Assembly: GCA_002633005.1 (NCBI GenBank)
Contig: NMRA01000825.1
Coordinates: forward strand, 1-64,000
Source: Phoronis australis
Lineage: Eukaryota > Animalia > Phoronida
Length of the DNA stretch: 64,000 bases
Direction of reading: 5' to 3'
Of this stretch, positions 53,701-63,981 are shown one piece after another (the stretch's first letter is position 1; the number at the start of each line of letters is the position of its first letter). A program made the translations under genes and the position numbers. The notes under the pieces are model-generated. The model was not told the origin of the DNA, searched no databases, and saw nothing but the letters and a program-made list of their open reading frames with translations.

Positions 53701-54097
53701 GTCTCATTAGCTGACATGGAACTGCAGGAGCACAGGTCGAATGCACATCGACCGAAGCAGGGGAAGAATTTACGCTGATGTTTGATGCAGAAAGACTTGC
53801 CAATCGTGCCTTCCGTCACGGCGACAACAGCGAAGGAAGCCAGAATCTACAAGAATATCAGGTTTATACACGTGACTACACGCAGCACGAAATAAATGCA
53901 CCAAAATAGAATTTTAACTGAAGATTCCTGTGCAGACATTTCGACCATCTTAGGGAGAACGAATTCACGTCAACCAGCCCATGTTGAATTACCAACATTC
54001 AATTGAAATTTCAGAAGCCACATGAATGCTTAACGAGACCATCACGTACCGTAAACATAAAAAACAATAAACAGTCTACCTTTACGATGAAGTTCAT
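50616..54097 (-). CDS. Secreted Spaetzle/neurotrophin-like cystine-knot protein, 4 coding exons, 181 aa: complement(join(50616..50760,51668..51781,53578..53846,54080..54097))
   Basis: GT-AG introns with phases 0, 2, 2 give MNFIVKILASFAVVAVTEG-TIGKSFCIKHQRKFFPCFGRCAFDLCSCSSMSANETRNMIVKSFPNLFTKLDPSQADKLSQNVSAAVER-ETSTCCETNTFSATPSTLVDVNGMTRDVVHFPFINSYQVIQFAACTTPSTISCTICDVVSVLRKVLVYCYTCNHIPNVEFADFYLPAYCRCVS*. Signal peptide present. The pattern C..P....NG...VV....YQ.I....C......C..C....F.LP..CxC matches the Spaetzle domain layout. Confidence 0.85.
50859..51283. mobile_element. MITE with ~47-bp TIRs in intron 3 of the Spaetzle-like gene
   Basis: gtgctcggttgcataaaacagtccccaatagaggctcaactaagttcc versus ggaacttagttgagttcctatttgggacagtttcatgcaacccggcac. 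Confidence 0.8.
51668..51781 (-). CDS. Spaetzle-like gene coding exon 3
   Basis: ttctttttcag/(T)NTFSATPSTLVDVNGMTRDVVHFPFINSYQVIQFAAC(T)/gtaagc; phase 2 to 2. Confidence 0.9.
51920..51983 (-). mobile_element. tRNA-derived SINE-like head or tRNA pseudogene
   Basis: - strand GTGGTGGTGTAGTGGTAAAGCAC…GTGAGTTCGAGTC (A and B boxes); no complete cloverleaf. Confidence 0.55.
52341..52738. mobile_element. Foldback-type element: ~165-bp inverted arms built from ~20-bp subrepeats
   Basis: Arm 52367-52532 is nearly the reverse complement of 52569-52738, with a 36-nt loop; subrepeat aaacacgg-cacggactca. Confidence 0.8.
53578..53846 (-). CDS. Spaetzle-like gene coding exon 2 (end of signal peptide, Cys-rich prodomain, start of knot)
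   Basis: attcttgtag/ILASFAVVAVTEG...VERETSTCCE(T)/gtaagt; phase 0 to 2. Confidence 0.88.
54080..54097 (-). CDS. Spaetzle-like gene coding exon 1 (start of signal peptide)
   Basis: cacaATG AAC TTC ATC GTA AAG/gtagac, phase 0; a second in-frame donor ACG/gtacgt lies at 54050. Confidence 0.7.
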
Positions 54098-56291
54098 TGT
54101 GACAAGATCAGCCTGAGTGGCACCTTTGTCTGTATAAGCTAATTTGAACGACTTAATATGCATGACGATTTCGCCTCCGCAATATACAGGGTATCACGAA
54201 ATTCAGAAGACTGATACCGTTTCTTTGGTGGTCGAAAAGGATCATTTGTTATGCAATGTTTCTGAAAAGATTGCGTGTCTGTGAATTTGTGCGTCTGTGC
54301 GAAAATTATTTCCACGATGTCCGAAATTATTTCCGACAAGCAGCGAAAATTATTTTCACCGTACGGCTCATGATTATTTTCGCCGAGTGTGGAGATAACT
54401 ATTTCCGCCTTGCTCGAAATTGTTTCCTCCTTGTGATAACCTTTTGTCACAAATCACGGTAATTTCGCTCACAAGAGGGCGCTGCGACCAAGTCCGCAAA
54501 CGCGAAACAGACCTCGCGAAAACAACGCAAGACTGGCATATCGGGAAGTACTACAAGAGCAATGTGTTGACCCAGGATATTCGCTCATCGTTTAGGTCAA
54601 CTACGTGTATACAAGACATGAAAGTTATTTTAAAAACTGCCACTAAACGGTTCAATACCAGGAAACGTAATGACAGCATCTAGGGTGTGTAAAGCAAATC
54701 AGAACTGTTCTGCTCAATATCAACATGCCTGCCACCTGCCAACATAATTCTTCAAGGAGTTTTTGAGAGACAGACGACAACAGACATAAAAACAATAGAA
54801 AGACCACAAGAGCGCGCAACGTGCACTTTGTGAATTATACGCTATCCACTCCGACCCTTGGAAGCTAGAGGAACCACGCGAATAGTATATCTCAGCGTTT
54901 AGGCCTATTTCCTGTCAATCGTGGAAAATTTAGGAGTAATAAAGACATCTGGCCATTGTAACTGTTTTAAAAAATAAAATGTGAATTTCGGTAGTTTGGG
55001 AATTTTCAAAATCGTTTCCATATGAGCGAACAACACAGGGGAGCCGGCGCATTTATTTCTTCACCTTGGTTTTGTAAATGTCCCATTATTTGAAATTCAA
55101 ATGCACAGTCTATAGCGAACTAAACCAACTTTGATATATAACTAGATACTTGAATCTTTAAATAGTGTTCCAATTGTTTAAAGGAGCATGCCACCCAAAA
55201 AACAACCTAATTTGTATCAATTTAGATCGAGTAGTTCTACACCATAACGACACGTACGGTTGCGTTACCTGACACCTGACGGCAGACGGAGATGTTGAAA
55301 TTATCCAATGACGTCATCGGTTTCACACGCAGTCTGTTCAGCAGTTCACAACACAGTTACTGGTGTCGGCTTATCGCTTGAAGTCATCGTTTAGCACCAA
55401 TAAATCATCAAACGTCGATGTAAAACCCTTAAAAATACACCGAGTTCTTATAAAAACGTGTTGTTTTATTTCGCTCTTACGGATTTATTGGTATTTGGAC
55501 AAACAGTAGCCTACAAAGTTTGGCAGGCCAATAAGGTCCGTATCAGGAGTTTGGGGTCTGTTTGGAGATAATTTCGAAGTATTTTCCGTGAGAAACAGAC
55601 AGGAGAACCTAGATCTGTGTTGTCTAGACTTGTGATTTTTTGAGTTCTAAACACAAAACGCTTGTTATCCTGGCCATTGGCTCGGATCCCGATCAGGCCC
55701 GTCGCGGCCGGCCGGATTGACTCGTTATCGATCCCGGCCAGTGGCTCGGAAACTGATCAGACATCACGAACATAAACCAACCAAAGTTCAGTGGAAACTA
55801 AACTTCCAGTAAAGAAAATGCTATACTAGTGAGCCAAAGTAATGCGCACGTGATTATGTTGGCCGGGGAATTAGCCACGAAACTGCAAATCTACTTACTC
55901 GTCGGGGGCCGCGAATTCACTCGGGTTCAGCTTTGGCCACAGCACCGTCAGGGCAGAAGTTGTACATTGTCAATCATTATTTGAGTAATGTAAATGTAAG
56001 TAAAGATTCCCCTAACACCTGGCCGTGGGATGGAAATCGAGTTGTTTCACAATGGTTTCTGCCAGCAAACACTAAATTAGCATGAGCTCACACGGCCTCG
56101 GTGTCCCGTCATTTAGTTTTGTTGCACCCGGCTAAAGCCGTGATTTATTCATTGCTGGCTTCTCAAATCATTTGCACTCATGAATACCCCAAAGGCATTA
56201 CAAATTGCATCTAATGAGACAGACTTTATTTCAGTTGGTTAGGGTGAGAATAATTCATTTGGAAACAGAACGCTCAGTAATAAACGCCAAC

Positions 56292-56460
56292 ATGGCAACT
56301 CGCAATCCCGAGTCAGTCCCAAATTCGCAGGTGGATCGTTAAGTTTTACAGGCTATGAATTTGAACAGGAATGCAGTGATGAAGAAATACTAGAAAGGCG
56401 CCGTGAACAAGCTCAGACAACGGAACGTGTGGAGCTATTTGGTAAGCCGGCATTCGTCAG
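56292..56460 (+). pseudogene. Probable KolX (P2X7 ballast-like) N-terminal relic
   Basis: Kozak-context gccaacATGG, then after a frameshift GYEFEQECSDEEILERRREQAQ, resembling the YxFEPxxSDEE start of KolX-type proteins; convergent with the THAP relic. Confidence 0.5.
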
Positions 56461-56475
56461 GCACTCGGTCGACGT

Positions 56476-56655
56476 CTGCAGGCCACAGACATGTTTCACG
56501 GCCTCATACTTGCTATTTACAACGTACATTTCCTTCTTCACTACCATGAGCCACTTCCTAAGCATTTCGGACTCTCGAGGAAGTAAAAAATAAGATATAC
56601 CCGCTTTCTTCGCAGTTGCTTAGTTCGGACAAGCGGGAACAATGCACCGCAACAT
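56476..56655 (-). pseudogene. THAP-domain relic (N-terminus of Kolobok transposase)
   Basis: MLRCIVPACPN*ATAKKAGISYFLLPRESEMLRKWLMVVKKEMYVVNSKYEAVKHVCGLQ: C-x4-C, SYFxxP, RKWL and VC motifs of THAP; one premature stop. Confidence 0.8.
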
Positions 56656-56909
56656 AGCGGCATTCACTCTGCATGTGAACCAGTGACGTCGCCAGCGTCG
56701 TTTCTCACCTTCCTCACAGGTTAACGCGACACCTCTTGGCAAGGTAAGGTCGACCAAATGCGAGGCGATGTGGATATAATTAATTAAATCGGGTGGCATT
56801 CTCCTTTAATCAGTATTTAATTTTGAACTTCTTCACTTCGGGGAGTTAAGTTGTTTCCGGAATGTGTAAAAGGGTGCCATTCACGTTCAAGGAGGCAGAA
56901 GGCTTTTGC

Positions 56910-56958
56910 CCTCGCTGGTTCCCTGCGTGCTGGCTAGGCACGTAGAGAACCAGCGAGG
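56910..56958. mobile_element. Tiny palindromic MITE, copy 2 (internally deleted)
   Basis: cctcgctggttccctgcgtgc tggctag gcacgtagagaaccagcgagg. Confidence 0.7.
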
Positions 56959-57586
56959 CAGAAGGCCAATCAAAGTCATGCTGGAGATCTTAGCAGTGAA
57001 AGTAAATAAAAAAATACATGCAGTGGATGAAGTAATAATGGTGGACGAGAACAGTTATAATTATTGAATGAGACGAAGAGGGAATGTAATATTGTGAGTT
57101 AACCGGGTTGGGATTCGGATTGGAATCTTGAGTTAGGTAAGGCTAAACGCGTGTCAGACCGCCGAAAGTTATCTGCCGCGTGCACTTGCACCTAAAGGCA
57201 TAGGCAACGCGCACACGTATCATCGAATTTTCAATTGTAAAGATGGCCAGCCCTTAGAATCTCTCTAAAGCCTGTTGAGTCCACTGATATAGTTTCGATG
57301 GTTTTTAGTTGACTTAACGCGTGTCCTGTTACGGAAATTTAGTAATGTTATAATACTTAGATTATACAATGTACATGTAGGAGTAAATTCCTTAATTCGT
57401 TTTTTGTTTAAGAATTCAGTTAAGCCGTATCAAACTTTAAGACGTAGTTATGGTGTGAGCATAGGATCCAAAAATTTCAAAGCCTTGAAATTAACTTCAG
57501 TTTCACCTAAGTAAGTGATCTAAATTCAAAGCTGTTTTATTTTTTGTAATAGAAAGCGAGTTCATTGCCACGGGACACAACGAATT

Positions 57587-57729
57587 CAGATGTGTATCGC
57601 CACAACTATCAATGCATTTACAGATGTGTATCGCCACAACTATCAATGCATTTACAGATGTGTATCGCCACAACTATCATTGCATTTACAGCTGTGTATC
57701 GACACAACTATCAATGCATTTACAGCTGT
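57587..57729 (+). repeat. 34-bp tandem repeat x4
   Basis: cagatgtgtatcgccacaactatcaatgcattta. Confidence 0.95.
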
Positions 57730-57780
57730 CTCTGATTTATTATGAAACATTCGCCACGGATGATAGACTAACAAATACTA

Positions 57781-59036
57781 ACTAGAAAGATTATTGTCAC
57801 GGCGTGACAATAATGAGCTCTGCGCGTACGTATTACCGGAATTGTTATTGGAAGTTACTGACAACAACTCGTTTATCAATATGAAAAAGAAATTCTATAA
57901 AACTATAGGAGAAAATATATGTTTATAATTTGCACTAAGTGACCCTTGCCAGTGCATCACGAGCCCTGTTTAGGGAAGGAACGTAAACTCGATGAAAAGT
58001 GTGGTTAGTGCTAAGAATCATAGATGTCTTTCTTTAAGCACTTTAGAATACAAGACAAATGAATTGGTCAAAATTTCAGAAGAAAAATGCACCTAATGAC
58101 CCCATGTTTGCACCAAATGACCAGGGACTTTATAATTCAAACTCAATCGCATTTAATAAACAGATACATACATTTGAAGTCTCTAGCTCAAAATCTTAGT
58201 TTGCACTCAATGACCTATGGGCTATTTTCTCAGATTGGATGGCCCTATTGCTTAGTAAAGTAGCGAATTTGATTGGGATGTAGGTTTACACCAATGTGCT
58301 GGAATTGAAGAGAATTCCTTGAAAAATATGGGAGAAATAACCTTTTCAAAAGTAGATGACCTTTGCACTAATTGACAATATCTAGTGCATTACAAGCCCT
58401 TTTTAGTAGACCTATTGCAAAGTCCGTGAAAAGTATATTTAATTCTGAGAATCACAGTTGTATAAATGTTGACATATCAGAACACTTGGTGAATGAATAG
58501 GTCAAATTTTCAGAGGAGAAACGCACCTAATGACCCCATGGTTGCACCAAATGACCTGAAACTTTGGATTTTGAATTGAATTTTATGTACCAATCAGACT
58601 GGTGAATTTGAACTGTCTAGCTCAAAATTTTAGCTTGCATCTAATGACCTTTGACCTGTTCTTTTCTGATTAGACGACTCGATTACTTAGAAAAGCCATT
58701 TTTAAATTCTCTTGTTGATTTATACCTGTGCACCGAATTTCAAAAGGATAGCTTTTAAACTGAAGAAGGAGTAGCATTTTGGAAATTATATGACCTTTGC
58801 ACCAAACGACCTCTTCCGGTGCATTATGGAATATGATGATATAACGAATAAAAATTTATATATTGCTGATATACATATCTTGAATTTAAAAAACATGCCT
58901 GCACCCATTTTGGAGTTATTAAGCATCAAAGTTGGTCGGAAGAAGAATAAGAATAAGAATAAGAAGAATAAGAAGAATAAAATTGAAGAAAACCCAGGAA
59001 CAACAGCACTATGTGCTTGCACGTGCAGAGTAATAA
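57781..59036 (+). mobile_element. Helentron-associated non-autonomous (HINE-like) element
   Basis: 5' hairpin ATTATTGTCACG-G-CGTGACAATAAT (57790-57814), about 2.2 central repeats of ~434 bp containing tgacc motifs, (AAGAAT)n microsatellite 58939-58990, 3' palindrome TGCACGTGCA; the same 5' hairpin recurs at ~38800. Confidence 0.65.
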
Positions 59037-60192
59037 TTAGTCACCAAAATATCAAGGTAGAGTTCGGTAACGCGAGTACCTCGCTAAAAAGCAAGACTTC
59101 GAGAGATTATTGCCGTGTATTTTAAATGAGAACACGTGATTTTGGCTAGGTTTTAGCGAGGTCCTAGCGTTGGCCCAACGTTACGGAACTCTACCCAGTA
59201 TTGGCTTCTCAATAAGGCCCAAATACCAAGGTTCTGTGTCATGAAAAATGGTGAGACCCGTGTTCGACCTGGCCTTACTGGCAGACAATCGAGCATTGCA
59301 CAAAGGTGTCTCCTACTCATCTGGCTTCGTTCCTACTACTGAATGTATGAAAGGGAATGAATGAGAACCTACATATAATGCAAAAGCAATTTCTGGAACT
59401 ATGCTTGTATTTTTGAAAATTGGGAGAGTTTTAGAAGGGGTGAGAAGCCACTGTTCCTTTGAACCCCCTCTGAATCCGCCGCTGCATGCTGTCAAATATA
59501 TTCTGCCGGAAGTGAAATGAGTTTCACCCGATTACTGTCCGATGTCTGACCTAAAAATAAATATAAGCCTCGCAAAAATAACAATGCTGTCATTTTTTCA
59601 GTTCATTAAGTACGAAACTAAAGATTTTTTTGTCACTGCCCTTTTAATTAGAATATGATAAATCACTCCAAATCAAAGCATAAGCGACTGCTTGTACACG
59701 CCCACACAGTATCTAAAATTCAATTGTTGTAACGCGATTAAATGAAAATTGAAAACGTGACTAATGCATCCATATGCTACACAATCACAAAATAAGCCGT
59801 ATTTATTGCTTTTAGAGGTACAGCACATTATATTCCAGTTGATGTACTATTAAATTTCCCTGAAAACGGCAGCTACATGTTGCATCAGTCTCTTGTGTGG
59901 TTCTGTCACTAGTCGAAAGTCAGGACTCGTTGGGCTCCCAGATTTTGTGAACCAGTTTGATGCCCGTTATTCTATGGCTAAAACTGGTTATCAAAATGCA
60001 TTTAGTACTGAATAGCCAGCAATGTTGGTTGGCGTAATAATACTACTCACAGTTGTTACCACGCGTCTTTCCGGGAGCACTCTCGCGCTCCGTTGTCTTG
60101 GAAGTGAAACGAGATGACTCATATTCGACATAATACGAGACGTAGTTTGTTAATCCACCGAGGAACAGCGGAGGACATCTCAAGTGAAAACT

Positions 60193-61045
60193 TATGATGG
60201 GCAGTTGGTGAGAGAGAGTGTCGAAGTAAAATTACGTTCGTAATTACGAATCATTGCGCCTTTAGTTACAACGACGTAAAATTACGCTCGTAATTTACTT
60301 CATAACGGCGTACAATTGCCTTCGTAAATATATTTCTTGACGGCGCAAAATTACGCTCGTATTTAATTCGTAACTCTTATATCTGAATCATCGCGGATCC
60401 GAGGCAGCAATATCCGCGTTCGTGAATGAAAGGAGCCAAACTGCTACTCAGCAATTAATACATGCAGAAAGTCACCACCACATCTTACAGTCACATGTAT
60501 TGTCTTTTCGTTTGTATAAAGTTATTATGAGTGTAAATTTGGAGCGATATTTCCTCCATTTATGTGGCAAACGTAATTTTACGGCGACATTCCCCCCACT
60601 TAATTTACGAGCTTATTTTTACGGCAATAGCTCCCTATATTATTTTCGAGCGTAATTTCACGGCGCGACATCTTTCTCATTTAATTAATTTACTCTCGTG
60701 ATTGCGAGTGTAATTTTACGGCAACGCTTTCCCCTAACGCCCCATCATATCGTTGGTCACTGGGTGAACGTTATGCTCGTAATTTATGTGCCTAAATCAA
60801 TTCCTAAATATTTGCTGCGTAAATTTATTTTAACAACGTAAATTCAAAGTTAACTTTCGCGGCAAATAATTATTTTACGCCGTAAAGAATTAACTTATAA
60901 CGTCGAAAAGCTACAATAAAGTACGTCGCAAATAATCAATTTACGCCATACAGAAGAATTGAGTTACACCGTTAAAAGTTAATTTAAGCCGTTGATATAT
61001 AATTCCCACTGTCAACAAGAATTTACGCACGAAATTTACGCGCAT
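60193..61045. repeat. AATTACG/CGTAATT-rich repeat region, probably transposon subterminal repeats
   Basis: Many aattacg and cgtaattt motifs in both orientations, e.g. palindrome aaattacg-ct-cgtaattt 60279-60296; short inverted repeat tatgatggg (60193) / cccatcata (~60741). Confidence 0.5.
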
Positions 61046-61047
61046 AA

Positions 61048-61198
61048 CAGCGGTGGATTTAGAGACGGGGCCAAGGTGGCCATGTTCCCCCTTNNNNNNN
61101 NNNNNNNNNNNNNNNNNNNNNNNNNNNNNNNNNNNNNNNNNNNNNNNNNNNNNNNNNNNCCCCCCCCCCCCCCAACTCAAAATCCTGGGTCCGCCCTC
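61048..61198. mobile_element. Short G/C-tract element, same family
   Basis: cagcggtggattta…ggggccaaggtggccatg…[N gap]…ctcaaaatcctgggtccgccc. Confidence 0.6.
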
Positions 61199-61645
61199 GT
61201 CTAACGTAATTTACCAATTTGGTCAACGGTACGTGCCGCACCCACGAACCTCGCTTACCAATCAAGTTCAAATCTCAACTGATATGTATATGAGTGAACG
61301 GTTCACGAAATAAGATTAACAGTGGTTGAGATAGAACATGTAGGAGGTAATGGAATTTTTAATCAAACAAGTCTCAAATGGCAGGATTACAGTTTTCAAG
61401 TGACAGTTTATTGATTTCGTCACAGAGGTACATGTGTATAAATAAAAAGGATGCAGAACCCTGTTTTGATGATTTCAACCAATCCTCGATCTGTCATATT
61501 CTAATGAATCATTAACGTCAATCTTCCAAGTTAGAGACGGGAATCAACTAAAAACTCGTACTGGCTCCCTATAACAATATTGGACATTATTGTCCTTGGT
61601 GTTTTCCCACAATTGCCGTGTAATTCACTAAAAGCGTTGGTAACA

Positions 61646-61719
61646 CCTCGCTGGTTCGCGTGTCGCTAGGTGGACGGTAGCCAGCGCGCTGGCGAAGCAC
61701 GTAGGGAACCAACGAGAGG
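61646..61719. mobile_element. Tiny palindromic MITE, copy 3
   Basis: cctcgctggttcgcgtgtcgctaggtggacggtagccagcgcgctggcgaagcacgtagggaaccaacgagagg. Confidence 0.7.
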
Positions 61720-63706
61720 CCACACTTGACCCTTTAGCAGACTTTGAGAGGAGTTTCAAAGTTTTCGTCCAAACTTTTGAGGGTTGTAGAGAGTTACTGG
61801 GCATAATTTTGTTTCAGAGAACTGGTTTGGTATCCTTTAAGTACTTGATGTAACTAAAGTTAAATCAATTTAAAATTCGATTTTATTTTTTTCATGTTGT
61901 GTTTATGTACATGGTCATGAAAGCTGAATAAGACATATTACCATACTATAGATCAGTCACGATCGCCGACACCGCAACGAAACTGCCCAATCGCCACGTA
62001 GATACAACCGCTCAGTTTGCCGAATCTTTTTACACTTGAATAACGTTTACAAGAGGAAAAACGTTGTGACCTAATCTTTGGATTTTCATGAAGCGTGCCC
62101 CAAGTCAACGATTAACAACAGCCTTACGAAGATTGTTTAGTTCGCTCCGCCTGTATGATGAGTAATGGATGGTCTAGCACTGTGTATGTCTTACTTAGCC
62201 CGGGCCCATACTTGACAAGAGTTAAAAATTATTGGAGGGCACAAACCGGCCAATTAGACTTCGGCAAATTTTACCCTCTTCCTACGCTACACCCCATGTT
62301 ACGGACCATTTGCCAGTTTTGTAAAAAAAAACCCGGCCCGCCATCACTAAGATTAAGTGGGGGAACAAACCCCGGGGGGACAGCCATCACAACTAGATTG
62401 ACCAGGTCTCAACAAAATTCGACAGGCAGCTCAACTCGTACCTATGTATCAGTGCTGGCTCTGTTGAAGATTTTATTATGGTCCAGCAGGGGGAACGTTC
62501 TAGTTAAACATATGGTTGCGGTTCCGGGGGACCAGCCTAGCCCTGCAGCTTCAGGGGTGACTGAGGACAAATGATGGACAAGGTAAACCAAAATGTACCT
62601 GTCCTCACACCGAGTACAATTACGCCGCCGGGGAGTTTAAATTTAGTTCCTGTCGGACTTCATGGATTACTGTGTTACCTGAGTACGGATTAGTAAGACA
62701 CCCAGATCTCATAGAAAGTGTTGACTGACATGATTTCGGTAACCTCTAGGTCGAGGTCATCATTTGTGACAGTCGTGAAATTCAAATGAAGAAGGCTTTT
62801 AGGCTACCCGAATCTTAAGGGATGACTTCGAGCTAGTCAACCCGGGTCTGGACGGTTAGGCACAGACACAATTCCTTCCACAACAGAGCAGCTTAAAATT
62901 CGTGATTCTCTATAGTACATGTTAGTTGGCGCAAGCCCAATCTCAATTGGCAACTGGAACACCACATGTGATTGTCATTGTTGGTCTAGTTTATCGTAAC
63001 TCCCTGTAACTGGCTGTTTCATCACTTGTTCCGTGGCCTACCTATAGACAGCCGCTATGTTCACTATCTTCTGATGATCGTGTTTGAATAAATGTCAACG
63101 GAACATGTCAAGCCGATTTGAAGCCGTTGTCGTTTTTACTAATAATATAGAGACCTTTCAAGCAACGATACCAATTTAAATTATGAAGATGCAGTCTCCG
63201 ATAGAAAACCGTGAATATTTAGTTGTACTAAGCGCCACCTGGTGACTTCCCAAACAACAGTGCGCAAGTTTAATTAGGAAAACTTAAAAACAAGTGTGAA
63301 CATGTGCAAGCTCTAGTAATTCCAAACACTACACAATCCTTATTTGCTAATGAAATAAATAGATAAAAACTTACCATTTTTTATTAGGGCAATGGCGAAA
63401 TGTTACCAATGAAAATCGAGAACGTTTACATAACGAACCTAATGTAAACTAAGTCTCTATTTTGATAAGGGCACAGTTTTCAAATGTGTTAATTGGATAA
63501 TGCCATTAAGTCAAAAGAGCTTACAATCAAGATAAAAAATGACATTTATTATCTAACAAAGACAGAAAAATGGAGATTTAGGGAACATAAGGGAGTCCCT
63601 AATTGATGTGTTTCACGCAACCACACACAACTAAATTCTGTGATTAGGTATTGAAAGCACAACCTTTAAAATAAAAGAATAAAACGAAATAAGTATATTT
63701 TAGATT

Positions 63707-63712
63707 TTTATT
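63707..63712 (-). terminator. RPS6 polyadenylation signal
   Basis: AATAAA on the - strand about 28 nt after the stop; a short 3' UTR is typical of ribosomal-protein mRNAs. Confidence 0.8.
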
Positions 63713-63739
63713 CATTTTTTCAAGAGGTGATGCACATAT

Positions 63740-63981
63740 TTATTTCTTGGAGGTGGACTCTCTCATGGAGCTCCTCGACTGTGATGCCGATCGCTTCCTC
63801 TCCTGCCGACGTTCTTTTGCCTCCTTATTCCTCTGTGCCAATAGCTTGTGGTACTCTGCGGCGTCCTCGCGCTGCTTCTTGGCACGTTGGTTCTTCAACA
63901 AGAGACGGTGCCTCTTGCGTTGTAGAACCACCGGTGTCACTAGACGCTGGATCTTGGGGGCTTTTGACCTGGGCTTCTTTC
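63740..63981 (-). CDS. RPS6: 40S ribosomal protein S6 (eS6), last exon; the rest of the gene lies beyond the window
   Basis: ctgtttccag/(G)[79 protein letters not shown]; hallmark [11 protein letters not shown] and Ser-rich phosphorylated tail. Confidence 0.98.

Larger units (their letters stand above)
55178..56809. mobile_element. Kolobok-type DNA transposon, internal-deletion derivative
   Basis: TTAA at both flanks (55178-81, 56806-09); TIRs AGGAGCATGCCACCC / GGGTGGCATTCTCCT (14 of 15 match); AGG...CCT termini; contains a THAP relic. Confidence 0.85.

Noticed and set aside
54290-55010. NF-kB-like sites upstream of the Spaetzle-like gene (gaaaattatttcc repeats, gggaattttc at ~54998)
   Set aside because: They do not match the GGGRNNYYCC consensus fully, and the repeats look like transposon subterminal modules.
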